In this document: one piece after another, positions 8,514 through 15,587 of the stretch
Numbering within the stretch: the stretch's first letter is position 1
Layout: each line of letters begins with the position of its first letter
Source of the DNA: Dehalococcoidia bacterium
Lineage (GTDB): Bacteria; Chloroflexota; Dehalococcoidia; Lucifugimonadales; UBA3495
Assembly (NCBI GenBank): GCA_965203975.1
Contig: CBDBDT010000001.1
Span: 904,029-968,028, forward strand
DNA: 64,000 nucleotides
Direction of reading: 5' to 3'
Program-made: the position numbers and the translations under genes
Notes under the pieces: generated by a model
The model's input: only the letters and a program-made list of their open reading frames with translations
What the model was told of the DNA's origin: nothing
Databases searched by the model: none

Positions 8514-8542
8514 TTGACAAAAGGCGTTCCCAATGATAAAAA
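8514..8542 (+). promoter_or_regulatory. Sigma-70-like promoter (TTGACA, 17-nt spacer, extended -10 TGaTAAAAA)
   Basis: TTGACA at 8514-8519, a 17-nt spacer, TG at 8534-8535 and TAAAAA at 8537-8542. It lies in noncoding DNA upstream of two hairpins. Confidence 0.35.
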
Positions 8543-8641
8543 CCCGAACCGCTATTGTCAAAGAGGCGAGTGCAGAAGTTGGAAAACCTGCCTCGCCTCC
8601 TTTGGTTGGGGCGTGGAGTGGGATTAGGTCATGGAGTATTG

Positions 8642-8672
8642 AGGCCCCGGTGCTTCCTCACCGGGGCCTTTT
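8642..8672 (+). terminator. Intrinsic-terminator-like hairpin (last of five in 8255-8672)
   Basis: AGGCCCCGGTG cttcct CACCGGGGCCT followed by TTTT. It has an 11-bp perfect stem. Confidence 0.5.
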
Positions 8673-8686
8673 CGCGGGTTGGGGGG

Positions 8687-8962
8687 TTAGGGGGCTATGG
8701 TTAGAGTTGCGGTTGGGATGGATTGTATCTCGCCCTCGGCTATGTCTAGGGGTGAGAGAAGGTCGCTGGGGGAGATGAGTGAGAAGAGGTCCTTCGGGGA
8801 GGTTGCTCTGATTTGCAGGTGCCCATCGGCCGAGCGGTTGATAGTTAGCATGAGGGTGATACCTTCCCCGTCGTCAAGTGTGTGGGTATATCCTAGGGAC
8901 TGTCGAGCGGATTCGTGCCAACCGTTGACGAGGTCGGATAGCAGTTCCGAGGTGATTTCCAT
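8687..8962 (-). CDS. Hypothetical protein (91 aa)
   Basis: ORF-track entry with no recognisable motif. It sits immediately downstream of the 8986-9276 gene on the same strand. Confidence 0.45.
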   Translation of the reverse strand: MEITSELLSDLVNGWHESARQSLGYTHTLDDGEGITLMLTINRSADGHLQIRATSPKDLFSLISPSDLLSPLDIAEGEIQSIPTATLTIAP

Positions 8963-8985
8963 TGGATTCTCATTGTGGGTTTGGG

Positions 8986-9276
8986 TTAGTGGATAGGGAT
9001 AGCGTATTCAAGTAGGTCTAGGCGGGCGAGCCAGTTGAGGACTCGTAGGGGTAGTTGGCCTGCCCAAGAATTTATGGGGGTTACGAAGAGCGTGTCGTTC
9101 TCGTCGAGAATGTGGAGTAGTGCTTCTACCACTTGCCCGGGGTCCTTGCTGGTGTGGATTGCCCACGAGGATTGTGCGACTCGTATCCACGCTGGATAGG
9201 ATTTGAGTGCGGCGTACAGGTCGGGGTATTTCTGGATGGGGCTATGCAGATCGTAGGTTACTAGGAGTGTATTCAT
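8986..9276 (-). CDS. Hypothetical small protein, possibly Cas2/VapD-like fold
   Basis: The start is moved to ATG 9276-9274 (GGGAGGA upstream). The pattern MNTLLVTYDLHSP...WIRVAQSSWAIHT...DTLFVTPI is reminiscent of small beta-alpha-beta-beta-alpha-beta proteins. This is a weak inference. Confidence 0.45.
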   Translation of the reverse strand: MNTLLVTYDLHSPIQKYPDLYAALKSYPAWIRVAQSSWAIHTSKDPGQVVEALLHILDENDTLFVTPINSWAGQLPLRVLNWLARLDLLEYAIPIH

Positions 9277-9842
9277 CTCCTGGGTCCTCCCTGTGGTCTC
9301 TTTACAGTATGCGGGTCGCGGCTCTTCCAACTCGGGCAATTCTCCGAGCCATGCGGGTAGCTGGGCTGTTAGAGAGCGGGCGAGGCGGGTTAGCTGCGCG
9401 TCTTCGGCTAGTTGGTGGAGTGCGGCGTCCGCGACGCCGAAGAGGGGAGGGTTTTTTGCGGGGAGTGGACATGGTCAACCTCTCTTGGCTCCCCTGAAGC
9501 GAGGGGCGAGAGCTTGACGCGACCGGGTTGTTCTGTGTTAGGGTAACCCCGGCCCCATGTAACTCGCCTGATCAGCGCAGGGGGCTGTTTCGGATTTGGC
9601 CCGCAGTTGTGGCTGCGGGCCTTTCCCATGGTACCCGGAAATTTTGCCCCGTTCAAGTTATGAGAGGCAAGTGCATTTGGTCTGTTAACCTGGCGACCTG
9701 CCCTTGGCGTGGAACCTGGCGGAAAAAATCCGACTTTTGGTTCCGCTTATTGACCCTGTCAGTCCGAGAGTGGCACTTGGCCGCAAACGTCGTAGAGCGG
9801 CGGTCGCGGCGCTTGCGGATGGAGCCTCGGGCGGCGGGTTAC

Positions 9843-10334
9843 CTACCCGTGAGAATTCACATCTAACGAGAACTTCAACCTGCGGCCTTTGTATGCCCTT
9901 CCAGTCCCTGTGCATACGCGAGGCCAAACTGTAACGTTCTCCCTTTGTCCGACTGTTATGTCAAAGTCATTCAAACATTTACATAGGGTTTGGGCGGGAA
10001 AGTACCAATCTTCCTGACTCCCTGAACGGATAGTCGCTGGTAGTTCAGGGTGGGAACGAGGGGGTGGGGCAGCCATGAGAAGGGGGAACCCCCAATTCCG
10101 GGCGAACATAACACGGATGTCTTCGACTTCGACATCCACTCTGTCTACATTCCTGATGGTTACTTTCAGAGCATTCTCCGGAAAGCCATATTGCCTAGTT
10201 ATTCTGCCGCGTTCCTCCAATATCTGAATTTTAATGCTTGGACGATAGTGTCTGTAGTACCATGTTCCAATTAAGGATATTACGGCGGTTAACGCACCTA
10301 CGGCTAAACTAATTTCGGTGACCAATGATGGCAT
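9843..10334 (-). CDS. Membrane-anchored hypothetical protein
   Basis: ATG at 10334 follows GGGAGAAGG. An N-terminal TM helix reads SLVTEISLAVGALTAVISLIGTWYY. GC is low (a 60-nt spot count gave about 42 percent). Confidence 0.55.
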   Translation of the reverse strand: MPSLVTEISLAVGALTAVISLIGTWYYRHYRPSIKIQILEERGRITRQYGFPENALKVTIRNVDRVDVEVEDIRVMFARNWGFPLLMAAPPPRSHPELPATIRSGSQEDWYFPAQTLCKCLNDFDITVGQRENVTVWPRVCTGTGRAYKGRRLKFSLDVNSHG

Positions 10335-10355
10335 CCTTCTCCCTGACAATCTCCC

Positions 10356-10616
10356 CTACGGAAACTCCTGCACCACCGCCACATGCTCGGCCAGGGCGAT
10401 GCCCTTGGCGACGTCGGAGCGGTAGGCGGGCGGGATGTCGGCCTGGATGACGATCTGCGCCGCCGAGAGGTGGGCAATCGGGGTGGCGAGGATGATGCCG
10501 AACAGGTGGATGGTCACCAGGGCCTTCCCGCTGGCCTTGCCCCGGTCGTACATCTCCCGCAGCCGCCCCTCCAGCTCAGCCGTCCATTCCCGGAGGGTTT
10601 GGGGGTGGGTGGTCAT
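10356..10616 (-). CDS. Hypothetical soluble protein (86 aa)
   Basis: ATGA overlap (10616-10613) with the upstream small membrane ORF. Confidence 0.5.
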   Translation of the reverse strand: MTTHPQTLREWTAELEGRLREMYDRGKASGKALVTIHLFGIILATPIAHLSAAQIVIQADIPPAYRSDVAKGIALAEHVAVVQEFP

Positions 10617-10822
10617 GGGTCAGGTCTTGCGCCAGCCAGCCAGAACCCTTCGGAGAGAAAATAGGTGTAGGCGCATGCAAGGACCCCTGCCCCCGTGGAT
10701 AAGACTTGTTTTGTTAACAAGCCGGAAGTCCCAACATCGGTCGGCAGAGCGCAGAAACACCACACGCCACAGCCCGCCCCGACGGCAATAACAACCGCCA
10801 TTCTTACGTCTTCTACAATCAT
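10613..10822 (-). CDS. Small two-TM membrane protein (69 aa with the shorter start)
   Basis: ATG at 10822 is preceded by GAGGAAG. Hydrophobic stretches are MAVVIAVGAGCGVWCFCAL and GAGVLACAYTYFL. The longer track start (10927) would overlap the upstream gene by 70 nt. Confidence 0.4.
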   Translation of the reverse strand: MIVEDVRMAVVIAVGAGCGVWCFCALPTDVGTSGLLTKQVLSTGAGVLACAYTYFLSEGFWLAGARPDP

Positions 10823-10856
10823 TGTGTCTTCCTCAGACAGATCCTCTACGACAGTT

Positions 10857-11201
10857 TCAGCGGATTTCCCTCGTCGTATCGCCAATACGTCTCCCATTCG
10901 GCACACCTGGGCCGAGTACGTCCTCAACAGGACCTCCTCCCACTATGACCGGAGGGCGTGTAGGGTCAAGTTTGTCGAATATTGCTACCAACAGCAACGC
11001 CGAAGCACCGGATATAACTGCGAAAGGAATCGCAACGGCTTTCAAAGACTCTGGAACCCAAGGAAGGAACACGGACACGGCGGTGAGCACCGCGATACCT
11101 TCCCCTGCAATCATGATCCACTCCCTCAAGGGCCGCATCCGTGCAAAGAACACTTGAACCTTAGTGCGTCTCATGAATGAGGACAAACCCGATAGTGGCA
11201 T
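10857..11201 (-). CDS. Two-TM membrane protein (114 aa)
   Basis: Hydrophobic segments are WIMIAGEGIAVLTAVSVFLPWV and AVAIPFAVISGASALLLVAIF. It starts 9 nt after the HNH pseudogene stop. Confidence 0.5.
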   Translation of the reverse strand: MPLSGLSSFMRRTKVQVFFARMRPLREWIMIAGEGIAVLTAVSVFLPWVPESLKAVAIPFAVISGASALLLVAIFDKLDPTRPPVIVGGGPVEDVLGPGVPNGRRIGDTTREIR

Positions 11202-11210
11202 GATTTCTCC

Positions 11211-11638
11211 TTAACCCACGATCTCCGCCAGCCGGGCTACCAGGTACTCCTGGGGGCGATCGCCCTTGAGGGAGTTGCAGGCCCCGCAGAGGAGCTGGAG
11301 GTTCTCGATGTGGTCCGTCCCACCTCGGCTCTGGGGATGATATGATCCACGGTGAAGTTGCGGAAGGGGAACATCACCCGGCATCCGGAGCACAGCGCTT
11401 CCTGCTGCCCGAAGAGGACGTGCTTGTTCTGGTGGTAGTTGACCGGGGCCTCGATGTCCGTCCGCCGGGGGATGTCGGTGGCGGCCTGCGACGCTTCCCG
11501 GTAGGTCTTGTAGTCCTCCCGGAGATGATCACCCATCTCCCGAAGTGCTTGCGTTCCAGGTCCTCCTGCATGAGGGCGTCGGCCCTGACCTGGTTCAGCG
11601 GAGGATGCTCGAACTTAACAATGTCCTTCAACCTGCCT
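11211..11638 (-). pseudogene. HNH endonuclease pseudogene (two 1-nt frameshifts; 5' end severed by IS1)
   Basis: Three consecutive frames carry ...FEHPPLNQVRADALMQEDLERKHFG / GDHLREDYKTY...CSGCRVMFPFRNFTVDHIIP / SRGGTDHIENLQLLCGACNSLKGDRP. The original ATG at 12526-12524 is in frame across the IS once one TSD copy is removed. Confidence 0.7.
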
Positions 11639-11717
11639 CTCTTCTCGGTATTCCCGACGTGTGTTGGTGTAGGGTTTAGAATAGTGGGCGGTAGCGAGAG
11701 TTGTATGGCAGTGAGGT

Positions 11718-12041
11718 GTGGTGATGGCTCAACCCAGGGTTTATCGAGACGGGATGCAATGTCCCAGGTGTGGTTCGAACTGGCTTCCCAAGCACGGCAA
11801 GTCCCGGGGCAAGCAGAGATACCGCTGCCAGCAATGCCTTTACCACTTCACCCTTGATGCCGAGCATCCCCACCAGCCCGAGCGAGTGAAGAACATGGCT
11901 GTGGCCATGTATGCCGAGGGCAACAGCATTGAGGCCATCGGCCGGATGTTGGGTATGAAAGCCGGGACAGTCTACTCCTGGGTCAAAAAAAGCCTGCCAA
12001 GCCCGGAATCTGTTGCGGATCGTGGTCGAGCAGCGCAGTGA
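11718..12041 (+). CDS. insA: IS1 InsA-like protein (zinc finger plus HTH)
   Basis: CPRCGS...YRCQQC zinc-finger pattern and an HTH-like segment NSIEAIGRMLGMKAGTVYSWVKK. Confidence 0.85.
   Translation: MVMAQPRVYRDGMQCPRCGSNWLPKHGKSRGKQRYRCQQCLYHFTLDAEHPHQPERVKNMAVAMYAEGNSIEAIGRMLGMKAGTVYSWVKKSLPSPESVADRGRAAQ
11985..11991 (+). promoter_or_regulatory. A7 slippery run in the insA/insB overlap
   Basis: gtcAAAAAAAgc lies inside the 11959-12041 frame-overlap window. Confidence 0.6.
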
Positions 12042-12468
12042 CCGCAGCCGGGGACGGGGGTTGCCCAGGGTCATATCCTTCGATGAGATGTGGAGCTACG
12101 TTGGAGCGCGGCGTCGGGAAAAACGCCGGGAGTGCTGGGTGTGGACGGCGGTAGTGGAGGAGGCTGACGGACGGAAGTGGGTGGACTTTGAGGTGGGAGA
12201 CCGCTCCGAGGCCACCTTCTTGCGTCTCTATGGGCGGTTGCCTGAAGCGGAGAGGTATCGCACGGACGCCTACCAAGTGTACGGATGGCTGCCGCGGGAC
12301 CGGCACGAGGTGGGCAAGGGCAGCGAGGTGAACCGGAACGAGGGACTGCATTCCCGTTTAAGGGACAAGTTGAACCGTCTTCACCGCCGGACCAAGGGCT
12401 ACAGCAAGAGCATGACCATGCTCAGCGACTCCATTGCCTTGGTCTGCGTAACTCTGAAACTGACCTAA
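12013..12468 (+). CDS. insB: IS1 InsB-like DDE transposase part
   Basis: VISFDEMWSYVG...CWVWTAV...YRTDAYQVY...NEGLHSRLRDKLNRLHRRTKGYSKS is typical of IS1 InsB. The frame is open from 11959. Confidence 0.85.
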   Translation: MRIVVEQRSDRSRGRGLPRVISFDEMWSYVGARRREKRRECWVWTAVVEEADGRKWVDFEVGDRSEATFLRLYGRLPEAERYRTDAYQVYGWLPRDRHEVGKGSEVNRNEGLHSRLRDKLNRLHRRTKGYSKSMTMLSDSIALVCVTLKLT

Positions 12469-12522
12469 CACCAACACACGTCGGGAATACCCTCTTCTCC
12501 TTGAGTCCCCCCTCGTCTCCGT

Positions 12523-13527
12523 TCATCCGATCTCTCCAATCCGCGCACGTTCCACGGCTTGGCGTGCTGCGCGGAGGAGTCCCTCTTTGTTGGCCATTTT
12601 CTGACTCTGGTGCCTTTCGTCCTGTTCCCGGAGTTGAGTCTGCATGGCGTACCAGTCATCCGAGACTCTTGTGTCTCGTGTTCTTGGTGTCCACTTGATC
12701 GCCAGCATCCGGGACTTTTCTAGGGAATCTCCGGTTCGTCCGTATAGGAAGCGGCAGTTGGATTCGTGGTAGTAGTCGCGGTTTAGGGTTAGGGCTTTTT
12801 CGTTATCTATGACTGGTCCCTTTTCGAGCAGGTTCTTCTTGGTCACCCAAAGGTATACCAAGAGGCACTTGCTGTTGATGGGAAGAATGACTTGGCTACC
12901 CGGATTCCGGAGATCGCGGTCTCCTCCCACCGAGGTTCGCACGGCCAGAACCGGTGAGTCACCGATTATGAACGATCCATCTTGGGTCGCGTAGTTCGCC
13001 GTCAATCCCATGGATCCCAAGACGGTCAGGATACCGTTGTCTTCCCCGTCGAACAGCAGCTTGAGATAGTCGTGGGTGAGTCGTTCGTCCACGAACTCTT
13101 TGGTGTCTTGTTCGTTGACTAGGCCCCCAGAGGACATGAACGCATCTGTCAATTCTCCGGCGGTAGATGCGATGATTTCTTCCCTCACATTGGCTTTGTC
13201 AATCCCGTTGTAAGGGTCGTTTATCAACATCGCGGCGACTAACCGGTCGAGGGATTTTCGTTCCCTCCGGGTTATCGAAGTGGTTCCCTTCCTGATCTTT
13301 TCGATGACGGGGGTTGCGTCCTGTTCGATGCTTCTCATCAGCCCATCGTCTGCGTCGGTCAGAAGTCTTTGCTTTGAAGCTACTTCAGAAACCTTGCAAA
13401 CCTCTATTGTTCCCGTGGTCTTGTCCAATCGGAGGACCCGGCTGGCTTTCCCTTTCAAGCCAAACCCTTTCAGAAGGAACTGGGGAGTCCAGTGTTGGTT
13501 AGTGTCGTTCCAAGTGCTCGGCTGCAT
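12523..13527 (-). CDS. DUF4238-like protein
   Basis: 334 aa. The N-terminal QHWTPQFLLKGF matches the H-x-P-x-F-L-L/K-x-F signature I associate with DUF4238. Its stop forms an ATGA overlap with the original HNH start (12526-12523). Confidence 0.6.
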   Translation of the reverse strand: MQPSTWNDTNQHWTPQFLLKGFGLKGKASRVLRLDKTTGTIEVCKVSEVASKQRLLTDADDGLMRSIEQDATPVIEKIRKGTTSITRRERKSLDRLVAAMLINDPYNGIDKANVREEIIASTAGELTDAFMSSGGLVNEQDTKEFVDERLTHDYLKLLFDGEDNGILTVLGSMGLTANYATQDGSFIIGDSPVLAVRTSVGGDRDLRNPGSQVILPINSKCLLVYLWVTKKNLLEKGPVIDNEKALTLNRDYYHESNCRFLYGRTGDSLEKSRMLAIKWTPRTRDTRVSDDWYAMQTQLREQDERHQSQKMANKEGLLRAARQAVERARIGEIG

Positions 13528-13538
13528 CTCTCAACCTA

Positions 13539-14084
13539 TCAACTTCGAGAGGTCTGGGGCATGGTGGCGTCGTCCCGGTCTCCGTAGACCACCAGCTCCC
13601 CATCCTCCCAGTATGCCATCCCGTCCACCACCTCCACCGTCTCCACGCTCACCCGGCACACCCGCCCCAGCAGGTCTATCACCCGCTCCTTGTGGTCGGA
13701 GAAGCGATAGGTGTTGAACCGCTCCCGGATGGTCGGGTCCCGGGGCTTACGTTCCTTGTACTGGTCCAGCACCCACTCCAGCGCCGACCGGCTCCCCAGC
13801 CGGTACTCCCACGCCTTCGCCGGAACGCCGGACAGCGTCGTCCGCTCGTCCAGCGTAATCGTCCCCCGTTCCTTGTCCGCCCGCAGGATGGTCCGCTTCG
13901 GTTCGACATCCTCTCTGTCCACCCGCTCCAGCTGATACGGCTCCACCGACTCGAACCCGACGTGCAGGTCCAGCAGCCGCTGCCCCATCTCCGCCCAGCG
14001 GTGGAAGTCCTGGTAGAAGGGCAGCCTCGGAAACTCCCGCAGCAGGTCCACCGCGTACTCCTGCAGGGAGCCCAATCCTGGCAC
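13539..14084 (-). pseudogene. C-terminal fragment of a type IIG (MmeI/type ISP-like) restriction-modification enzyme
   Basis: LSGVPAKAWEYRLGSRSALEWVLDQYKERKPRDPTI resembles the C-terminal specificity-domain tail of type ISP/IIG enzymes. No methyltransferase motif IV lies upstream. Confidence 0.6.
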
Positions 14085-14264
14085 AACGTCACTCGCTCGT
14101 TCTTGGTTGGGTTGGGCTAATGCAGGGTAAAATAAATGGGGAGGGCGATGCTAAGTCCTTCGGCGGGCCCCATGTTGACGCAAAACGGACGGTGCGCCTA
14201 CCATAAGCCACCTGTCGTCCGGTCGTCAGGCCATACAGACTTTTTCGGTAATCAAGAGGTGGAT

Positions 14265-14558
14265 ATGCCAGAGCCTTTCGAGATTTTTGCCGACGCGTTT
14301 ACCGTGACGGTAGGCGCTTGGGGATCTAGTATGAGCTTCCAATTGCGAGAGGCCCATCCAGAAGCAACGTCGATTAAGCAACCAGAACGTCTGGGCACTG
14401 TAAGGATGAGTACCGAGCACCTAAAAGCCATGGTCTTTATACTCAGACGACAAGTACTACAATATGAGCAATCTCAGGGGGTGAAGTGTGATGTGCCCAC
14501 ACAAGTCTTGGCACAGATGCAGATTCCCCGAGAAGATTGGGATGTCTTTTGGAGTTAA
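14265..14558 (+). CDS. DUF3467-like small protein
   Basis: ATG at 14265 follows AAGAGGTGGA. FADAFTVTVGAWGSSMSFQLRE...VRMSTEHLKAMVFILRRQVLQYEQ fits my recollection of DUF3467. GC is low. Confidence 0.5.
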   Translation: MPEPFEIFADAFTVTVGAWGSSMSFQLREAHPEATSIKQPERLGTVRMSTEHLKAMVFILRRQVLQYEQSQGVKCDVPTQVLAQMQIPREDWDVFWS

Positions 14559-14571
14559 GGAGGAGGTTGTA

Positions 14572-15042
14572 ATGGCTGCCGCAGGGACCATAAAGTTCAC
14601 GGATTCGGAATCCATCACCACCGAGTCTTCCGATTTTAGCTGTCGTAACTTCGCCGAGGAAACTTTGCTGCAGACTAGCAAAGTCGCGGTCGTAGGCGTA
14701 GGCACAATTTCCTCAGGTTTCTCGGGGTACACTTTTGATGTCTTGCTATGTGACAAATTCAAAACACTGGCGGAGCGTTGGAAGGCAGAGACCATTCATA
14801 TATCATCGTTGTCGGATATAGAGAGCCACAGTGCATACCAAGAAATCATCAGCATGGGGCAAGCGGTAGTCCCATTGATCCTCTGGGAACTGGTCATTGA
14901 CCCAGATTGGTGGTTCATGGCCCTGGATTCGTTGGTGGACACGCCACCTCCTCTGGAAGGGGACGACGGGGACTTAATGAGATTGAGCGCGAAGTGGGTC
15001 GATTGGGGCGAATCCAATGGCTACCTCCCCTCGACCCAATAA
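14572..15042 (+). CDS. Hypothetical protein (156 aa)
   Basis: ATG at 14572 follows a strong RBS, AAGGAGGAGG (14557-14566), placed just after the upstream stop. No motif was recognised. Confidence 0.55.
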   Translation: MAAAGTIKFTDSESITTESSDFSCRNFAEETLLQTSKVAVVGVGTISSGFSGYTFDVLLCDKFKTLAERWKAETIHISSLSDIESHSAYQEIISMGQAVVPLILWELVIDPDWWFMALDSLVDTPPPLEGDDGDLMRLSAKWVDWGESNGYLPSTQ

Positions 15043-15460
15043 CGTATTCGGTCTCTTTGATCAACTCAAAGGCTTTCGCGTTACGAGTCCGCGTACCCGC
15101 ATATACAATTGTATAGCTTGGGCGGCAGGAAGCGACAATGCTTGGTGGTGGCCACAAGGGCAACGTTCCTACTGGCCTCTGACAAAAAAGAGCTCGGAAG
15201 ACGTTCCGACATTTGAGGCCGCCTTTCGGACGCTTGGGTATGAACCATGCGCGGACGGTGACTTGGAGCAAGACGTCGAGAAAGTTGCCATATATGTCAA
15301 AGACGGGAAAGTAAAGCATATGGCACGCCAAGTCCCCAGCGGTTGGTGGACCAGCAAACTTGGAGCAGCAGAAGATATTGAGCATGAGAGCCCCGCCGAG
15401 TTGGAAGGGAAAGAATACGGGCAGGTAATGCGTTATATGGGCCGCCAACGGTCGGCCTGA
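15017..15460 (+). CDS. Hypothetical protein with YNCIAWAAG motif (possible cysteine hydrolase)
   Basis: 147 aa. An N-C dipeptide in RIYNCIAWAAG with downstream His residues loosely recalls papain-like/NlpC-type hydrolases. This is weak. Confidence 0.5.
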   Translation: MATSPRPNNVFGLFDQLKGFRVTSPRTRIYNCIAWAAGSDNAWWWPQGQRSYWPLTKKSSEDVPTFEAAFRTLGYEPCADGDLEQDVEKVAIYVKDGKVKHMARQVPSGWWTSKLGAAEDIEHESPAELEGKEYGQVMRYMGRQRSA

Positions 15461-15587
15461 TCTTCGGGCAGGCCGACCTAGCCTCAGAGAATTTAAGGGA
15501 CTAGAAGACTCTCCAGCCCTTCTTTTTCGAAAACAATACCTACCTACCTCAACCTTGAGGGCGATTTGATTACAGGTTCTATCCCTG

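Larger units (their letters stand above)
11647..12491 (+). mobile_element. IS1-family insertion sequence (845 bp)
   Basis: Perfect 24-bp terminal inverted repeats: GGTATTCCCGACGTGTGTTGGTGT at 11647-11670 and its reverse complement at 12468-12491. The 8-bp target duplication CTCTTCTC is at 11639-11646 and 12492-12499. It encodes InsA-like and InsB-like ORFs. Confidence 0.9.

Noticed and set aside
8418-8778. Plus-strand ORFs 8418-8627 and 8533-8778 in the hairpin cluster.
   Set aside because: They run through consecutive terminator-like hairpins. They have no RBS, and their composition is odd. The region is better explained as noncoding.
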